From Mesotaenium endlicherianum (Eukaryota): 63,388 nt of DNA. Under the pieces are notes generated by a model. It was given only the letters and a program-made list of their open reading frames with translations, did no database searches and had not been told where the DNA came from. Positions 49,735 through 63,388 of this stretch are shown here, piece by piece; within the stretch, counting starts at the first letter, position 1, and each line of letters starts with the position of its first letter. The translations under genes and the position numbers were made by a program. The DNA is taken from assembly GCA_009602735.1 (NCBI GenBank), contig WELA01002483.1:103615-167002 (forward strand). Direction: 5' to 3'.

Positions 49735-49939
49735 ATCTCACTCGACACTTGACCAAATGACGCGAAACTGGTGCCATTTGGAAGGTGGTTCGGCGCCTTA
49801 TACTTTTGCGATTCGGAATGCTAGCAAAGGTCAACATATGGATGCGTAAAGTAAAGTCAAAGTCGATCTTCCCAGGTTGATGGTTCACACACGTGTAGCT
49901 CGGTATAATGCGACGACCTTGACCTAATGAGTCATGACA
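49735..49939 (-). repeat. Outer end of a family C terminal repeat
   Basis: Matches ~4542-4747; ends CATGACA. Confidence 0.8.
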
Positions 49940-51723
49940 TGCGGTTTCAAGTGTACAAAGGGTATTACAATTTGGAGGATGAGACTGGTTTTCATCATTG
50001 CAAGTAGAAGCGGGAAATACGAATTGCTTACAACCTTCTTCTTTAGAATAGGACGAGGGTGAAAAAGGTCCCTACATTTTGCTACCAACTATTCATATTA
50101 TTTTTGCACACACCTTTTTAATTTGAGCCCCTAAGCGGAGAGTGAAAGAAAAGCTTCTCGGGTCAATGGCCCTATGAGACTCTAGTTTGATCTAGACACA
50201 TTTGGGACTTTGAAGCCTGAAGCGAGAGGTTTCATTAGTATTCAGTGCTGGATATATCTGGAGTGACAAACGTTTATGCACGTGACCGGTGCGCCGAGAA
50301 GTAAGGTCTCTCAGAGGAGGAAGGGGAATTTACAAGGGCGTGGATATAGGAAATATGTGCACTCTGAACCAATTAAATTCGCTTGCGATTGGAACATTTT
50401 GATCAAATTGATCTTACGCGATTGTGCGGAATAAGGTTTTTCTACTTTGGCTGTAGTGAAACAGATAGATAAAGTACTTAGTAAAACAGAATACTTTATC
50501 TATTCAAGACAAGGATCTTTGAACACAAGTGGTAGCTTCTTGAAAGAAAGATGGCTTCTTGAAAGTTAATATATTTCTGGATTTTGGCAAGTACAAGAGT
50601 GATTCTCCCATGTCTTTCTATGTTCTAGCTCTTGTTTATATACTTGCTACATAAGTAATTTCTAGGAAGGTGTATGTTGATGTGTTGGCACCCAACACAT
50701 CCCAAAACTTGCCACCTCTTTCTAGAATAATGTACACATGTCCTTTTGACCTAAAAATGGCACATCTGACTTTTGCCACATGGAGTTCTTCTAGGTCTTT
50801 CCTCTAACTTCGAAAATGCCTTGGAAGGTTCAAAGGACATGAACCAAGTTACTAGAGTACCTATTCACACTTGACTCCACACAATACTACTCCAAATATA
50901 TTTGAAAACATTAAAATATATGCAAACTAATATATAATAACTCAAATCACTACATCACCCCCCCGATAGAAAAAGCGACGTCTCGGCGCGTCAAGTCAGG
51001 TCTTACACATGTGGAGCAAACTAGTCAACAGTTTCAAGTCAGATGCCACACATGTGAAGAGGACTAGTCAAAGGCGCCAAGTCAGGTGCTACACATGTAA
51101 GGTAGACTAGGCAAGGTCGTAGGTGGTGTGACCTTATTGGCTAGCCTACTCCTTAATGATAAAGAAAATTGTACAAGTTGGCCCAGAATCTGCCACGAAC
51201 TCAAAAATTCATAGCGGCCACAGAACTGCTCCAAATCTGAAAATTCGAGTGCCAGACGGACCGCGTCGGAGAACTCTACCGGGTCACCAAATTTGAGAGC
51301 ATTCTCATTTCTGGAGTGTCGTTGAGAGCTGAGAGAGTAGGCACTCCTCCAAATCTGTGCAGAAACTTCTGAAAATCATAAGTCCTTCTATACTTCTCCA
51401 AATTCTGCAAACTAAGTCTCAAACTGGGCGCTGTAAGATGTTCTACCAGAGTCTTGAGTTTCAGAGCATTCCAAGTTCAGGGGAAGGCACAATGTCAGAA
51501 GGCATATTCTGTCCTAACAATGCCAGCAGCCTGACCCCCTTCTACTTAGAGCATCATATCTCTCTCACCAGTGCTCCAAATTGAGCAAACTTGGACTCTA
51601 AATGACCGGCTACTCATGGACTACAGCCAGGTAAATTTTCAGAATTTATTATGCAGAGACCTATTACCAGTAGCAGTTTTAGTTTTCTGTCCAGAAACTG
51701 CGAGAAGAGAAGAGTGTCTAATG

Positions 51724-54700
51724 TCAATTTTTCCTCTTTCTTGTTCTTGCAGGCTGCCTCCAAGGGGTCTTCTGCTGCTTCTTGATGGTGGCAGGCTGCC
51801 TCCCTGAAGTCTTCGGGCTTCTAGTAGAGAGACTTGGGGCTGGTCCAAGATGGGGGTTGGCGGCATGGAAGCGCTTCAACTTTCTCTGAACTTTGTCAAG
51901 GTAGTGCGCCGCCACCCAACTATTCTCCGAATCTGGATATCCTTTCCACTTGATCAAGTATTGCTGCTGTCTCCTGAAATTTCTCATAGCCACTATGTCT
52001 TCCACTTCGTACTCCAAATGATCATCCACTATTGTTGGGGCTGGTGGGGTTGTCACACGTCCTGGGAACTTGTTGTCGGGTTGCACATATGGCTTGAAGA
52101 GGGAAGCGTGGAATACGGGGTCGATGTGCATAGTCTGGGGAAGTTCTAGCTTGAAAGCAACGGGGTTGACTTGCTGGATAATCTTGAAGGGTCCCAAATA
52201 CTTGGGAGAGAACTTGCTGCCGGCAGGCCTGTTGTTCAGGGAAATGTTCTTGGATGATAGTAACACGTTGTCACCCACTCTGTACGTAATTTCTCTTCTG
52301 GATCTGTTCGCCACTCTTGCTTGAGCATCTTGCGCGTGTTGTAGAGCTTTCTTCGTTGCTGTAAGGGCTGCATCTAATGTCTCCATAAAATCTGTGGCTG
52401 CAGGTACTTCATCATGGCCAGCCGTGAAGCTCAGTGGCGTGGTCGGATGGAAGCCATAGTTGAGGAAGAATGGGGACTCTTGGGTAGAGGCCTGCGTAGT
52501 GTTGTTGTAGGCAAACTCGAGGGGGGTCAAGTACATGTCCCAGTCTTGCTCGAGGGTAGACACGTAGGCCTTTAGAGAGGTCTTTAGGGTACGATTCATA
52601 CGCTCGGTTTGCCCATCTGATTGTGGGTGGTAGGCAGTAGACATATCCAGCGATGTACCCAAGTTCTTGAAGAGATTTTTCCAGAAATGGCTTGTGAATC
52701 TTGGATCTCTATCTGACACAATTCTTGATGGTAGTCCATGGAGTCGGAAGATGTTGTCAAAGATGAGTCTTGCAAGTTGTGGTGCTGTAGCCTTAGTCGT
52801 CGTGGGAATAAAATGAGCCATCTTGGTAAGTCTGTCCACCACCGTGAGTATTGCATTATGGCCTCGAGGTGTCACGGGCAAGTCCACGATAAGGTCCATT
52901 GAGATGTCCGTCCATTGTCTTTCGGGGATTGGTAGTGGTTGGAGGAGTCCTCCCGCCTTTTGCGATGATGGCTTGATTCTTTGGCATGTGTCACAGCTCC
53001 TGCAGTACTCCTTGACTTGCTTAGACATGCCTGGCCAACAATAAGTCCTAGCTAGAACGCCCGTGGTCCTTAGGATTCCAAAGTGTCCTCCAAGAGGGTT
53101 GTCGTGTGCTTCTCGTAGAAGCAAGAGCCGGAGGTCTAAGTCATTAGGAACACATCTCTGGCCCGTATCTTGCCTCACCCAATAATTGCCTTCTTGCTTC
53201 TTGCATGGGTCCAAGGCTGCTTCTCCGTTCTTGTAGTAAGGGTCTCTTTCATAGGCGGCTGAAAATCGAGCTTCCAGATCTGTCTTCAGGGATACCATCA
53301 CTGCATTTAATTGCAGTCTTGAGAGGGGGTCAGCCGGGTTTGTCTTGCCGGGCTGGTACTGAATCGTGATGTTGTATTGTTGCAAGTATCCGCTCCATCT
53401 TGCTTGTCTCCTTGAGAGATACGGCTGCGTTTGGAGGTGCTTTAACGCCTCGTGGTCCGTGGTGACCAGTACTTTGCGTCCTTCAACGTAGCAGCGCCAA
53501 ACCTTCAAGGCATGTACAATCGCCAATGCCTCTCGCTCCGTGGTTGTATAATTTTGCTCGGCTGGATTTAGCTTCCTTGACTCGTAGGCGATGGGCTGCA
53601 GTCCCTTGCCTTGGTCTTGAAGCAGGATTGCTCCTATTGCATAGGAAGATGCATCGGTGATGACGTGGAAGGGCCAATCTGGGTTTGGACTTGGGAGTGT
53701 GAGCACCGGGGATGTGGTCAATCTTCGCTTTAACTCTTGAAATGCCTCTTCCTCTTTCTCGGTCCATGTATATAGCCTGTCCTTCTTGAGTAGATCTGTC
53801 AGGGGGGCTGCTATGTGCGAGAAGCCTTGGATGAATTTTCTGTACCAATTGGCAAATCCCAAGAATGACTGGAGTTCTTTCTTGGTCGTGGGGGTTGGCC
53901 ATTCCTCCACCACCGTGGTCTTCTTGGGGTCTATCTTGATGCCATCAGCAGTCACGTGGAGACCTAGGAACTCCACTTCTTGTTTGGCAAACTCGCATTT
54001 TGACTCCTTCGCAAACAGCTTGTTTTGCTTCAATACTTCAAGGACTTCTTTCAAGTGTCTCGCATGCTCTTCAAGGGTCTTGCTGTAGATAAGGATGTCA
54101 TCGATGAATACCACCACAAATCTGTCCAACATGGGCTGAAATATGGTGTTCATCATAGTCATGAAAGTTGCTGGCGCGTTGGTGAGTCCAAATGGCAGGA
54201 CCATGAACTCAAAATGTCCATATCTTGTCCTGAATGCCGTCTTCTCTATGTCCGGTTCTGCGATGCGAATCTGGTGGTAGCCGCTCCGTAAGTCAATCTT
54301 CGTGAAGTACTTGGCTCCAACCAGCCGGTCCATGAGCTCATCCATGCGCGGCAGCGGGTATCGATTCTTGATGGTGATCTTGTTGAGGGCGCGATAGTCC
54401 ACACACATCCTCAAGGTACCATCTTTCTTCTTGACAAATAGCACCGGGGCTCCAAATGGCGACTTGCTAGGTCGAATGAAGCCATGCTCCAGTAGCTCCT
54501 TGATTTGCTTCTTGACTTCGTCTAGCTCCGTGTATGACATTTTGAACGTAGGCCGAGAGATGGGCTTGCTTCCGGGCTCCAACTCTATCTTGTGGTCTAC
54601 GAATCTTTTGGGGGGTAGGCCCTTGGGCAATTCCGGGGAGAACACTTCTTTGTAGTCCTCAAAGACTTCTTGTATCTCCTTGGGAACGGGGCTGCCTTCT

Positions 54701-55389
54701 TGACTCTCGATGTCTTTCTTGATGTCTTTTGGCGTGATCAAGGCCAAAAGAAGCTCGTGTCCCTTCCTCACAAGTCTCTTGAGTTGGAGGGCGGACAATA
54801 GTATCTCGTGTGCCGGCTTCTGGATGTCTTGGGTCTGGATATTCTGGATTGCGCGCAAAATACAGATTCTTGAAGTGATGTCATTCTTGATCTTGATAGT
54901 ACCGGTCCTCCAATCAACTTGGGGGTTGTGCTTGGTCAACCAAGGCGTCCCTAGGATGACGTCGTACTTGCCCAATTGCATGGGGGAGAACACTACTCTA
55001 TCCTTGAAGGACTTGATAGAGAGTGCCAAGGGGTACGTCTTCTTGGAAGGGGTAGTATAGGAGAATCCATCGGGCATCATAATCTCCTCGTCGTGGTCAA
55101 GAGTTCGCATAGTAATACCGTGCTTGGTGGCAAAATCTGCAGCAATGAAGTTGCCTTGAGCTCCGCTATCCACCAAGATGTGGACCTTCTCTCCTCCAAG
55201 GTAACCTCTCAAACTCATTGGGGCTGGAACGTCGTCTTCAACGGGGGTCTCCACCTCACTTGGCGTGTTGCCTTCTCGTGAAGTGGGTCTTGGGGTGGTA
55301 GGCTCCTGGCCTACCGGCGCTGTCCGTTTTTTGACAACTTTTTGGGGCATGAAAGTGCACGATGGCCCTTTTCCTTGCAATAGAAGCAT
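51724..55389 (-). CDS. pol: Family B Pol
   Basis: 1221-aa ORF; differs from copies 1 and 2 at two residues seen (LEAALTAA vs LDAALTAT). Confidence 0.97.
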   Translation of the reverse strand: MLLLQGKGPSCTFMPQKVVKKRTAPVGQEPTTPRPTSREGNTPSEVETPVEDDVPAPMSLRGYLGGEKVHILVDSGAQGNFIAADFATKHGITMRTLDHDEEIMMPDGFSYTTPSKKTYPLALSIKSFKDRVVFSPMQLGKYDVILGTPWLTKHNPQVDWRTGTIKIKNDITSRICILRAIQNIQTQDIQKPAHEILLSALQLKRLVRKGHELLLALITPKDIKKDIESQEGSPVPKEIQEVFEDYKEVFSPELPKGLPPKRFVDHKIELEPGSKPISRPTFKMSYTELDEVKKQIKELLEHGFIRPSKSPFGAPVLFVKKKDGTLRMCVDYRALNKITIKNRYPLPRMDELMDRLVGAKYFTKIDLRSGYHQIRIAEPDIEKTAFRTRYGHFEFMVLPFGLTNAPATFMTMMNTIFQPMLDRFVVVFIDDILIYSKTLEEHARHLKEVLEVLKQNKLFAKESKCEFAKQEVEFLGLHVTADGIKIDPKKTTVVEEWPTPTTKKELQSFLGFANWYRKFIQGFSHIAAPLTDLLKKDRLYTWTEKEEEAFQELKRRLTTSPVLTLPSPNPDWPFHVITDASSYAIGAILLQDQGKGLQPIAYESRKLNPAEQNYTTTEREALAIVHALKVWRCYVEGRKVLVTTDHEALKHLQTQPYLSRRQARWSGYLQQYNITIQYQPGKTNPADPLSRLQLNAVMVSLKTDLEARFSAAYERDPYYKNGEAALDPCKKQEGNYWVRQDTGQRCVPNDLDLRLLLLREAHDNPLGGHFGILRTTGVLARTYCWPGMSKQVKEYCRSCDTCQRIKPSSQKAGGLLQPLPIPERQWTDISMDLIVDLPVTPRGHNAILTVVDRLTKMAHFIPTTTKATAPQLARLIFDNIFRLHGLPSRIVSDRDPRFTSHFWKNLFKNLGTSLDMSTAYHPQSDGQTERMNRTLKTSLKAYVSTLEQDWDMYLTPLEFAYNNTTQASTQESPFFLNYGFHPTTPLSFTAGHDEVPAATDFMETLDAALTATKKALQHAQDAQARVANRSRREITYRVGDNVLLSSKNISLNNRPAGSKFSPKYLGPFKIIQQVNPVAFKLELPQTMHIDPVFHASLFKPYVQPDNKFPGRVTTPPAPTIVDDHLEYEVEDIVAMRNFRRQQQYLIKWKGYPDSENSWVAAHYLDKVQRKLKRFHAANPHLGPAPSLSTRSPKTSGRQPATIKKQQKTPWRQPARTRKRKN

Positions 55390-56591
55390 AGTCCAGCCGT
55401 CATGAGAGCTTCTTTTTCAGCCGGGGAGAGTCTTGCTTTCACTCCTTGCTGGTTTCTTGCATCATAAGTGTCATTGGAGGGTCTTCCACTCTTCCGGGCA
55501 GCCGCGGGGTCCCTTTTAATAACTCCGATTTCCATGGGTGTGGGTCCAGATTCGGATGTGGAAGGGGCTGCGTACACCCGCGTCGTCGGTACCCGTGAAG
55601 ATGAAGGCACGGAGTGCTTGAAATCCAAGGTATCCACCTTTTGGGCCACTTCAATGATCTTTGAGAAGTCCGTCAAGTCGCGTAACTCCACTTCCTTTGC
55701 CACCTTGGGTTTGAGGCCAAAGATGTAACGGTCAATCTTCTCCTCGAGAGACATGTTGGGGATCTCAAGAGTGAGGGCGTGAAATCTGGATGTATACTCT
55801 TGAACGGACGTCGTTTGCTTGAGATGGTGGAGCTTTCCTCGGGCAATCTTCTCCGCATTGATGGGCATGAATTGCTTCTTGAGGGCCTCACGAAAATCTG
55901 CCCATCTTGCATATGATGGTGGGGGCTCTTGGCCGAGCATGGGGTGCGCCATAGCTTGATATATAGCCGCTTGATAGTTACGCCACCATGATGTTGCTGC
56001 TCCTCTAAGTAAGGTAACGGCAAAGGGAACGTAGTCCTCCTCGGGTACTTCAAGGAACGCGAGGTACGTCTCCACTTGGTAGAGCCATAAATTCAGGTTG
56101 GCACCTTTCCCGGGGTTGAAAGTGTCGGGTTTGCCGGGCTTGATGAGTTTCCTTGCTCTCGTTGGCTCTTGTGGAGGCGCTTGAGCCGGGGCTGGATTTT
56201 GAGCATTGCTCGCAATAGGGGCAACCATGGCAGCCATAGCTTCTCTTGACGCTTGCACGGTTGCTTCATAGGTGGCCAAGCCCACTTGGTTGTGGACGGT
56301 CATTAGGAAGGCTGCCCACTCATTTGCGGGAACTCCTTGTGGTGGGGTCAACTTTGCTATAGCGGCTGCCACGGGATTTGACGGTGCTCCTCCTTGTGGT
56401 GCTTCTTGTTGTTGCAGATTTCCTTGAGTAGGCTCTCCCATCGACGCTGGAGGAGGGTGTGCTCCTCCTTGTGGTGCTTCTTGTTGTTGCAGATTTTCTT
56501 GAGTGGGCTCTCCCATCGGCGCTGGAGGAGGGTGTCTTGGAGAGGAAGGGCTTCCTTCGAAAGCTTGCTGTTGGTCTTGAGGATCGGCCAT
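55311..56591 (-). CDS. gag: Family B Gag
   Basis: Same translation as 13888-15168. Confidence 0.95.
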   Translation of the reverse strand: MADPQDQQQAFEGSPSSPRHPPPAPMGEPTQENLQQQEAPQGGAHPPPASMGEPTQGNLQQQEAPQGGAPSNPVAAAIAKLTPPQGVPANEWAAFLMTVHNQVGLATYEATVQASREAMAAMVAPIASNAQNPAPAQAPPQEPTRARKLIKPGKPDTFNPGKGANLNLWLYQVETYLAFLEVPEEDYVPFAVTLLRGAATSWWRNYQAAIYQAMAHPMLGQEPPPSYARWADFREALKKQFMPINAEKIARGKLHHLKQTTSVQEYTSRFHALTLEIPNMSLEEKIDRYIFGLKPKVAKEVELRDLTDFSKIIEVAQKVDTLDFKHSVPSSSRVPTTRVYAAPSTSESGPTPMEIGVIKRDPAAARKSGRPSNDTYDARNQQGVKARLSPAEKEALMTAGLCFYCKEKGHRALSCPKKLSKNGQRR

Positions 56592-57928
56592 CTTCTTGTG
56601 CTACCAAAGTGCCTAGCTCCGATACCACTGTAGTGAAACAGATAGATAAAGTACTTAGTAAAACAGAATACTTTATCTATTCAAGACAAGGATCTTTGAA
56701 CACAAGTGGTAGCTTCTTGAAAGAGAGATGGCTTCTTGAAAGTTAATATATTTCTGGATTTTGGCAAGTACAAGAGTGATTCTGGAATGTCTTTCTATGT
56801 TCTAGCTCTTGTTTATATACTTGCTACATAAGTAATTTCTAGGAAGGTGTATGTTGATGTGTTGGCACCCAACACATCCCAAAACTTGCCACCTCTTTCT
56901 AGAATAATGTACACATGTCCTTTTGACCTAAAAATGGCACATTTGACTTTTGCCACGTGGAGTTCTTCTAGGTCTTTCCTCTAACTTCGAAAATGCCTTG
57001 GAAGGTTCAAAGGACATGAACCAAGTTACTAGAGTACCTATTCACACTTGACTCCACACAATACTATTCCAAATATATTTGAAAACATTAAAATATATGC
57101 ATACTAATATATAATAACTCAAATCACTACATTGGCCACTCCGAATAAGCCCTAAAGGAACTTGGCAACTACCATTCAGGAAGGAGGAGCTTTGACAGGA
57201 CGTGACCAGCCACCAACACACTTGCAAAGTCTATTGTAAACATTTGACCAGGTTGACGACACGGTTAGACACCACTGCTAGAGAAAGTCCGTACCTTCAT
57301 CTGTGAGGGGTAAAAAGGGAAATTGATAGACGAGCTTTTGTCGTGCATCACCAAAATTCTAAAATCTTTAACTTAGAGGTGTACTATAGACGCTGTAGTT
57401 ATTATTGCTTTCAACAGAGAAAGTCGGTCCGATAGACGAAGCTTGCGACTACTTACGACCCAGCAATTTATCGTAGCGCACGAGAAATAGTCGTCATCAG
57501 TCGTCATCACCCATTTGACGCGCACCACGAATTGTCCCTTAAAAAGAAAATACAGTATTCTTTTATGTGTACCGAGATCGTCGTGGCTTCCGACGCGGGC
57601 TAAATTTGTGTTGCACATCATTGCAGCTTGTGTAGCACATCGTAACTTCACCTAAAAGCACTTTCCGGCCTGCAAGTATTGTATGAACACTTTTCGGCAC
57701 TAGTAGGCCGTTGACCGTCTAGTTGTGTAAGAGAGACATCTGCCCGTTTCGATCCCCTTTCCCCATTCGAGCCTTTATATCATGTTAGGAAAGGACCAGC
57801 CGTTGAAGAAGTTTTTCCAATCTTTACCTCTATTGTTGTAAGCCTACCATTAGTTAGTGGAGTGCTGGACGTAGAAATCTTGTTCTGGACGATCTTATTT
57901 TGTGTTTTCTTTTCCCAGAAGTCTCAAG

Positions 57929-60688
57929 ATGGTGCAGCAGTCTCAGTTGATATATAGCTTTGTTGCTAGAGGTCATGAAGTGCTTGCGGAGTACACTTCA
58001 TTTTCCGGAAACTTCAGCACTATCGCTGTCCAGTGCCTAGAAACTTTACCGCCTGGAAACAATAAATTCACTTTTCCCCATGGAGGCCACACTCTTAACT
58101 ACCTCATTGATAATGGGTTTGGTAAGTCCATTTTAGCTTTGTCAATGGATATTCCATGAGATGAGAATCCTCCATCGTAGCTCTTGCTCGTAAGTGTCCT
58201 TGTGTATTGATGCATTGAGGAAGCTCTAGTATGATGATTTTCTTTACGTTTTAGTACTGGATGTTGCACGCAAAAGCAATATTACTAGAGATCAAGATCA
58301 CTTAATCAATGTTTTTGAGTAGCTATAAAGCCTCCTTGGTCTTTTTGGCGACTCATAGCAATTATAGTGGTAAGAATTAGATTGCGCTGTTTGATTGAGA
58401 GATCACTTTATTGTATATGCGTGTGTTGGTGGAAGAGCATATTTGTAGAGTATTTTTGGATCTTGTAGTCTGAAATGGCGCCCATGGGTACTGCTGTGTA
58501 TGCCTGCAGCTTACATGGTTCTAGCTGACGGAGCCGTGGGAAGGCAGTTGGTTTTTGCATTTATTGAAAGAGTGAAGGGAGACTTTCAACGTAGATATGC
58601 TGGAGGAAAAGCGGACAACATTCCGCCTCATGGATTGGATAAGGAATACGGGTACGTCACTTTCACTGGCTCATATGCTAGTAAGAGTAATCTCAACAGG
58701 TATATTTGGATGTCTTCGAGGTAGAAGAGCACTACGTCTGGGAACATTATCTGAAGCACCTAATGTATGACAGTTTGTGTGCAAGTATGTACTCTTTGGC
58801 ACATAATAGCATTACTGATGATAACATTCAAAATATTTGTGTACAAGTATATGCTTTCAAGTCCCTGACAACTTGTACATACCATGAAGTCGATGAAATC
58901 TGTACGTCTGCGGCAATCAGACGCGATTTTCAGCTCAGTGTATGAGCTGATATGCATGTAGATATGGAGGATTCAAACTAGTGAGAAGAGATTTATATAA
59001 TTCTTGCAGACCACGTGGTATGACGATACCCGTATGCGGCGTATGCAGTGCCACGGTTGCAGTGCACACCAATAGCATGTGTTTCTCATAAAGCAAATTG
59101 GCTGTGTCAGGCATTTATAAGCCATGCATTTAAATGCGTCGTTGAGAATTATGCCTTCTGGTTGAGCAGGCCCAAGTTGAAGGAGCACATGCAGTACTGT
59201 GTGGATCATCCTGAGGAGATGAGTAAATTTGCAAAGATCCAAGCACAAGTAGCAGAGGTGAAGGGCGTTATGAAGGACAATATCGACAAGGTGTTTCTTT
59301 AACACCACTTGAGGGTTTACGTTGGTCATGGTTGAATTGATGTTTCATCTTCCTCTTTTGTCCTTAAGATAGTTTGTTAGCTCATACCTTTTTGCTTTGC
59401 TGTAAGGAGTTGGTGACAGTGGGTTGTCCCTGAGTAGCTGCATTGATAGTACTGTGTGTATGTTTGGTAGGCTTATGATGGAGGTTGCATATTCATAGAT
59501 GGACTTTAGATCACAATGGTTACAGTCCATCATCGTCCATTTTGTATATTGTGTTGCGTGATGAGGCAGGTGTTGCAAAGGGGAGAAAAGATGGAGTCTT
59601 TAGTTGAGAAAACGGACCATCTCCGGGATCAAGTGAGCTACCTGAGCTGCCCCTATCCCAACTGTTATCTCGGTTGCATATAGTTGAAGACATTCACTTG
59701 TCTGAGAAAGACTCAGTATGAGTGCAGAGGTTTCAAGGGGCACCCTAGGTTTCGGGTTTGTAGTGGTCCACCTTGCAGGCAGCTAACTCTCTAGACATGC
59801 CAGCCAACGATGGATGATGTTCATTTTAGTAACGGGTTCAACTTCATATAAGGATTGAGTTGGTCTTTTCACACATGGGTTTGTTGTAAACAAGCAGATG
59901 TTGCACGACAATGGATCTGTTTGGCCTGGAAGATAGTGGTGAGATGGTGAAGGATTGGGTCCTTTTGGTACTTAGTGCGGTTGCCGTGAAGGTTGGTCAC
60001 TGGTATTCTGGTTGGTCACTGGTATTCTGCTGGAAGTATATCACGCCTTCCTGTCCTGAAAGGTTTAACTTTGGGATATTTTTGTGATTATGGGAAATGA
60101 GTTAGTCTCCATCTGTTCAAACACTGTTGTTGTCTTGCACTCCAGTCAAATAAAAATCCTCGGAGCCTGTCGTAAGTGTGCAGCATTTTCTCCCCTCAGT
60201 CTGCCTTTGTGCCCTTCATGAACATGTGTGTATTGGCGCTTGATACCACAATGTGCACTAGAGTTGCATATTCGTCTATGGTGGGGTGCATATTCTCAAT
60301 ATCCTGATTTTTTTTGGTCTTCTGGTGGGCTGTAGTAAGGTTTGATGAGGCATGCTGGGACGAGGTTTTTAAAAGAATGGATCTTATTGCACAAGGGCTT
60401 TAAGGTAGACGGTGCAATGTAGTGGGGGGTAATTTGTTTTCTTCATCCTGCTTATTTATGCGATAACGAGTTATTACCTGGTAAGTTGTAATGTGTTGCA
60501 AACATGCCTCTGACCTAGTCTGTCTGTCTGTTGCACGGCAGGCTCAGAACTTCCAAAGACAAGGACAGCAGATTAGGAGGAAGATGTGGTATCAGAACAT
60601 GAAAATCAAGATGGTGGTTATTGGAATCCTCGTTGTACTTGGCCTTGTTATCTGGTTATCTATCTGCCATGGCTTCACATGCAAGTAG
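57929..60688 (+). CDS. VAMP72: Vesicle-associated membrane protein, VAMP72-type longin R-SNARE, 221 aa; exons 57929-58121, 58510-58651, 59170-59290, 59570-59632, 60542-60688
   Basis: [55 protein letters not shown] plus TM helix and CHGF tail. GT-AG introns give one continuous frame. Confidence 0.93.
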
Positions 60689-61642
60689 AACTCTTATGTC
60701 AATTGGTCAATCTATCTCTTGAGGACATGCAATCAGAGTGGACTTGAAAATAATCAGACGCTAGAAGCGATTGGGCTGTTATAACAACGGGGTATTCATA
60801 ACAGGTAGGATTTTACTAATATCGCTCTAGTATGTTAAGAGGGCCCAGCTTAGAGGATCCAGCTTAACTCAGATTGCACTGCTTATACTTGGTTTTTCTG
60901 GAGGTCTGTGGCATAGCAGCCCTGTTGTGTAACACGAGCGTGACACAATGTATCTTAAATCCCCATCAAATATTTCATAGATGTGGGCAGCTTTTGTTTT
61001 AAGGTTGATTAAAATATGCCAGTGGCATAATAGCCTCAATGGTACCCTAATCAGTGGTGCACTTCATTTGCAGGAGTCATTTGCACTGGCTTGTATGATT
61101 TTTATTCGCCACAAGTCTGGCTTTGCACAAGCAATTTATATTTCATACAACTGAAATGACATTTCTATGTAAGGGAGGCATGCTGCCCTGACACGCTTAC
61201 CCATGCAGTTTCCGGAATACATGTTTAGACGCATGTTGCGTGGCATCCAGATACAGAATGATCTTTTATGCTGTTTTCAGCCTGTTTTTACATAGCATGA
61301 ACGAAGTTTCCATGATTAAAAAATTGAAATACTGAACGTTGAATGTTGGACAATGGTGAGTACATCTGCTACATGAGAGCACTATCCTTCCGTGGCCTGT
61401 TCATGTAGCTTATTGACTGCCAGGTACAGCAGCCATAGGAGCAATTGTGCGCAGGCTAGATACTCAACTCAACGTGCATTTACTATTGCTACTTGGCTGT
61501 AGTAATCTAGCTGTGCCGAGTGTGAAGCTCAAGATGCTTTAAGCTTGTACTCTTGTACTTTTCTTCCCCTGAACATATTGTAGAAATATCCCCCCCTTAT
61601 CCGGCATAGTCTCAGTCCATATAGGCAATAACTTTTTCCTTA

Positions 61643-62842
61643 CTAACTAGAATCATCTGTACCGAAGAGAGCAGCAAGATTCCTTTTGCCTGCGGAAGGC
61701 GGGCTTCGAGCTGGAATAGCTTCTAAAAGTGCAGGGCCCCCGGAAATTTTACATGCTTCCTCCACAGGGCCTGGAAAGACTCGAGTCAATAACAGAACTC
61801 CCTCGGGCGTATTGATAGTGCTTAAGAGGTGTGCCACGATGGTGTCTGATGCAGCTTCCTGCAAGTGTAACCGCAACCTTTTCTGCTCTTGTTTAAACTT
61901 GAAGTTATGAAGCGCCTCAAATGCTTCCAGCTTCTGAGCCTTCTGCACACTCTGGTGGGCAGACTTCAGCGCTGATGCTTGTGCTTCCTCTTGCACCTTC
62001 TCAAGTTCTCTCAGTGCTGCCTGCTTTGCCTTCTTCTTGAGCTCCCTGGTTGTGCTTGTCGCTGAGCGGTCAACCACCTGCCACGATTATCAAGTAATTC
62101 AGGATGGAAGGCACCAGGTCACATTTGCATCAAGGCTGGAAGAATTAATGCTTCCCTTCTTACGTGCACATGTCTCCACAGCAATATATCCTAACGGTAG
62201 GAAAGCTGGATAGACTGCATGGGAAGAAGGGAGAAAGCGAGCATCATAACTTGCATTGCTCGAACAGGTCATCACATGCGCAAATGCTGGGTTGAAACAA
62301 GATCGATGATGCTGACGGCACTAGTGCATCCATGACCAGCGTGCTAGTGGGGAATATCAAAGAAGATACAAGCAGAAGTTGGACCTCTGTGAGGTAATGT
62401 CATAATAAGTACACCGGGAGGAGCTGCACCGTGACCTTACCATGAGTAAAGCCGCAGCTGCATGCTTGCATACTACACCTGTAGCATCAGCGACCTTGCA
62501 TTCGGCGCAGTTTGTCCTGCTCCACTGGCGACCATCTGGCTCTTCAGTTATCGTAACACTGGTCAGTTGGTTGATCCCCACCTCGTTTTCTTTGACAGAC
62601 TGGTAGTCAGCGGTGACGCACCAATATTCTGGCTTTCCTGGCCCAAGGATGTGGTGATCCACCGCTGTCACTGAGTACTCAGTGACAGCTGGCAAATCAT
62701 GAAGACTCTTGTCATATGGCCCTTCAACGATCTGGCTTCTGATGAAGTCTTTAGTCAGTCCCGGTATCTTGAGCGAGGGAGAAGAAGCTACGTAAGTGCT
62801 ACCATTCTTTAGACGCTTGGCCGGAGTCTGTAATACCAGCAT
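61643..62842 (-). CDS. Hypothetical protein with SWIM-like zinc finger; exons 62441-62842 and 61643-62077, possible upstream exon ending 62997
   Basis: CAECKVADATGVVCKHAAAALL. Donor ATG|GTAAGG at 62441, acceptors CAG|GTG at 62077 and CAG|ATG at 62842; phase-0 join is open. Confidence 0.6.
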
Positions 62843-63388
62843 CTGCAGAGCGAAAGGAAGGGTGTCAAGACATTTGCCAGTGAATCTGACAAGTCATATA
62901 CAGGCAAGAATGACTGATCAATTGCCTGCTCTGATCAGTTCGTCAGCTCTGAGATCATGTTGCAGGTCCCATTGACTATAGAGTGCATGCACTTACCATA
63001 GAACAACAGTCTACATTCATCCACAGCTCGTACTTGAAAGAGCAAATTTACTTCTCCAAAAAGCTGCACATTTAGCAGCTAAAATACACCGACAACCCCA
63101 TCTTCCCCGCAGAGTGTTGCCTAGTACTACACTTGATACGACGGGATCTATTGGCAAATTGGCATGTGCACGCACCTTAGAAGTGCACAACGCCATTGCA
63201 GAAACGTTCGATGACAAGTGGCAGAAGTTCTCAGACTTCGAGTATCCTAATGCTTTGAGCAACTCAACCAAGTTCCACCATTCAGCGAGTCCGCGAGCAC
63301 AAGAATCCTCGTGTCTGATTCCTAATGGCAAGAAAAAAAGGTACAAACAGCCCGCACTCTCGCCGTTTATCAGCTTCTTTGAGCACTT

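Larger units (their letters stand above)
50452..57131 (-). mobile_element. Intact chromovirus, family B copy 3 (3' LTR 50452-50954, 5' LTR 56629-57131)
   Basis: TSD TTGGC (50447-50451, 57132-57136); reverse complement of copies 1 and 2. Confidence 0.98.

Noticed and set aside
59992..60029. 19-bp perfect tandem duplication in VAMP72 intron 4
   Set aside because: Ordinary local duplication with no functional indication.
63017..63346. 109-aa minus-strand ORF at window end
   Set aside because: Non-ATG start, no motif, and it stops before the 62997 donor; not supportable as an exon.

Overview
Eukaryotic, almost certainly green-plant (streptophyte-like, inferred from a VAMP72 gene and chromoviruses) DNA. 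The first ~57 kb is a nested transposon island and the last ~6 kb holds two host genes. Family A (~720-bp LTRs, Met-tRNA PBS, chromodomain integrase, decayed; copies 1-8226, 9631-24181, 39179-48214 plus fragments) carries a large extra sense ORF between pol and the 3' LTR, preceded by a second polypurine tract and a conserved 5'-UTR intron. Family B is three almost identical, intact 6680-bp chromoviruses (13348-20027, 26160-32839, 50452-57131) with 503-bp LTRs, 5-bp TSDs and a -1 gag/pol frameshift. Family C is a GC-rich gag-bearing element with a ~1.1-kb TGTCRTG-bounded terminal repeat, a 4-bp TSD and no visible PBS. Three different piggyBac-like DNA transposons (TTAA targets, CACTAG ends) are also present. 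One keeps an intact ORF that lacks the catalytic core, and at least two share an unexplained N-terminal domain. The host genes are a 5-exon VAMP72 R-SNARE (57929-60688, +) and a spliced SWIM-zinc-finger-like gene (-). All comparisons were made by eye; no searches were run.
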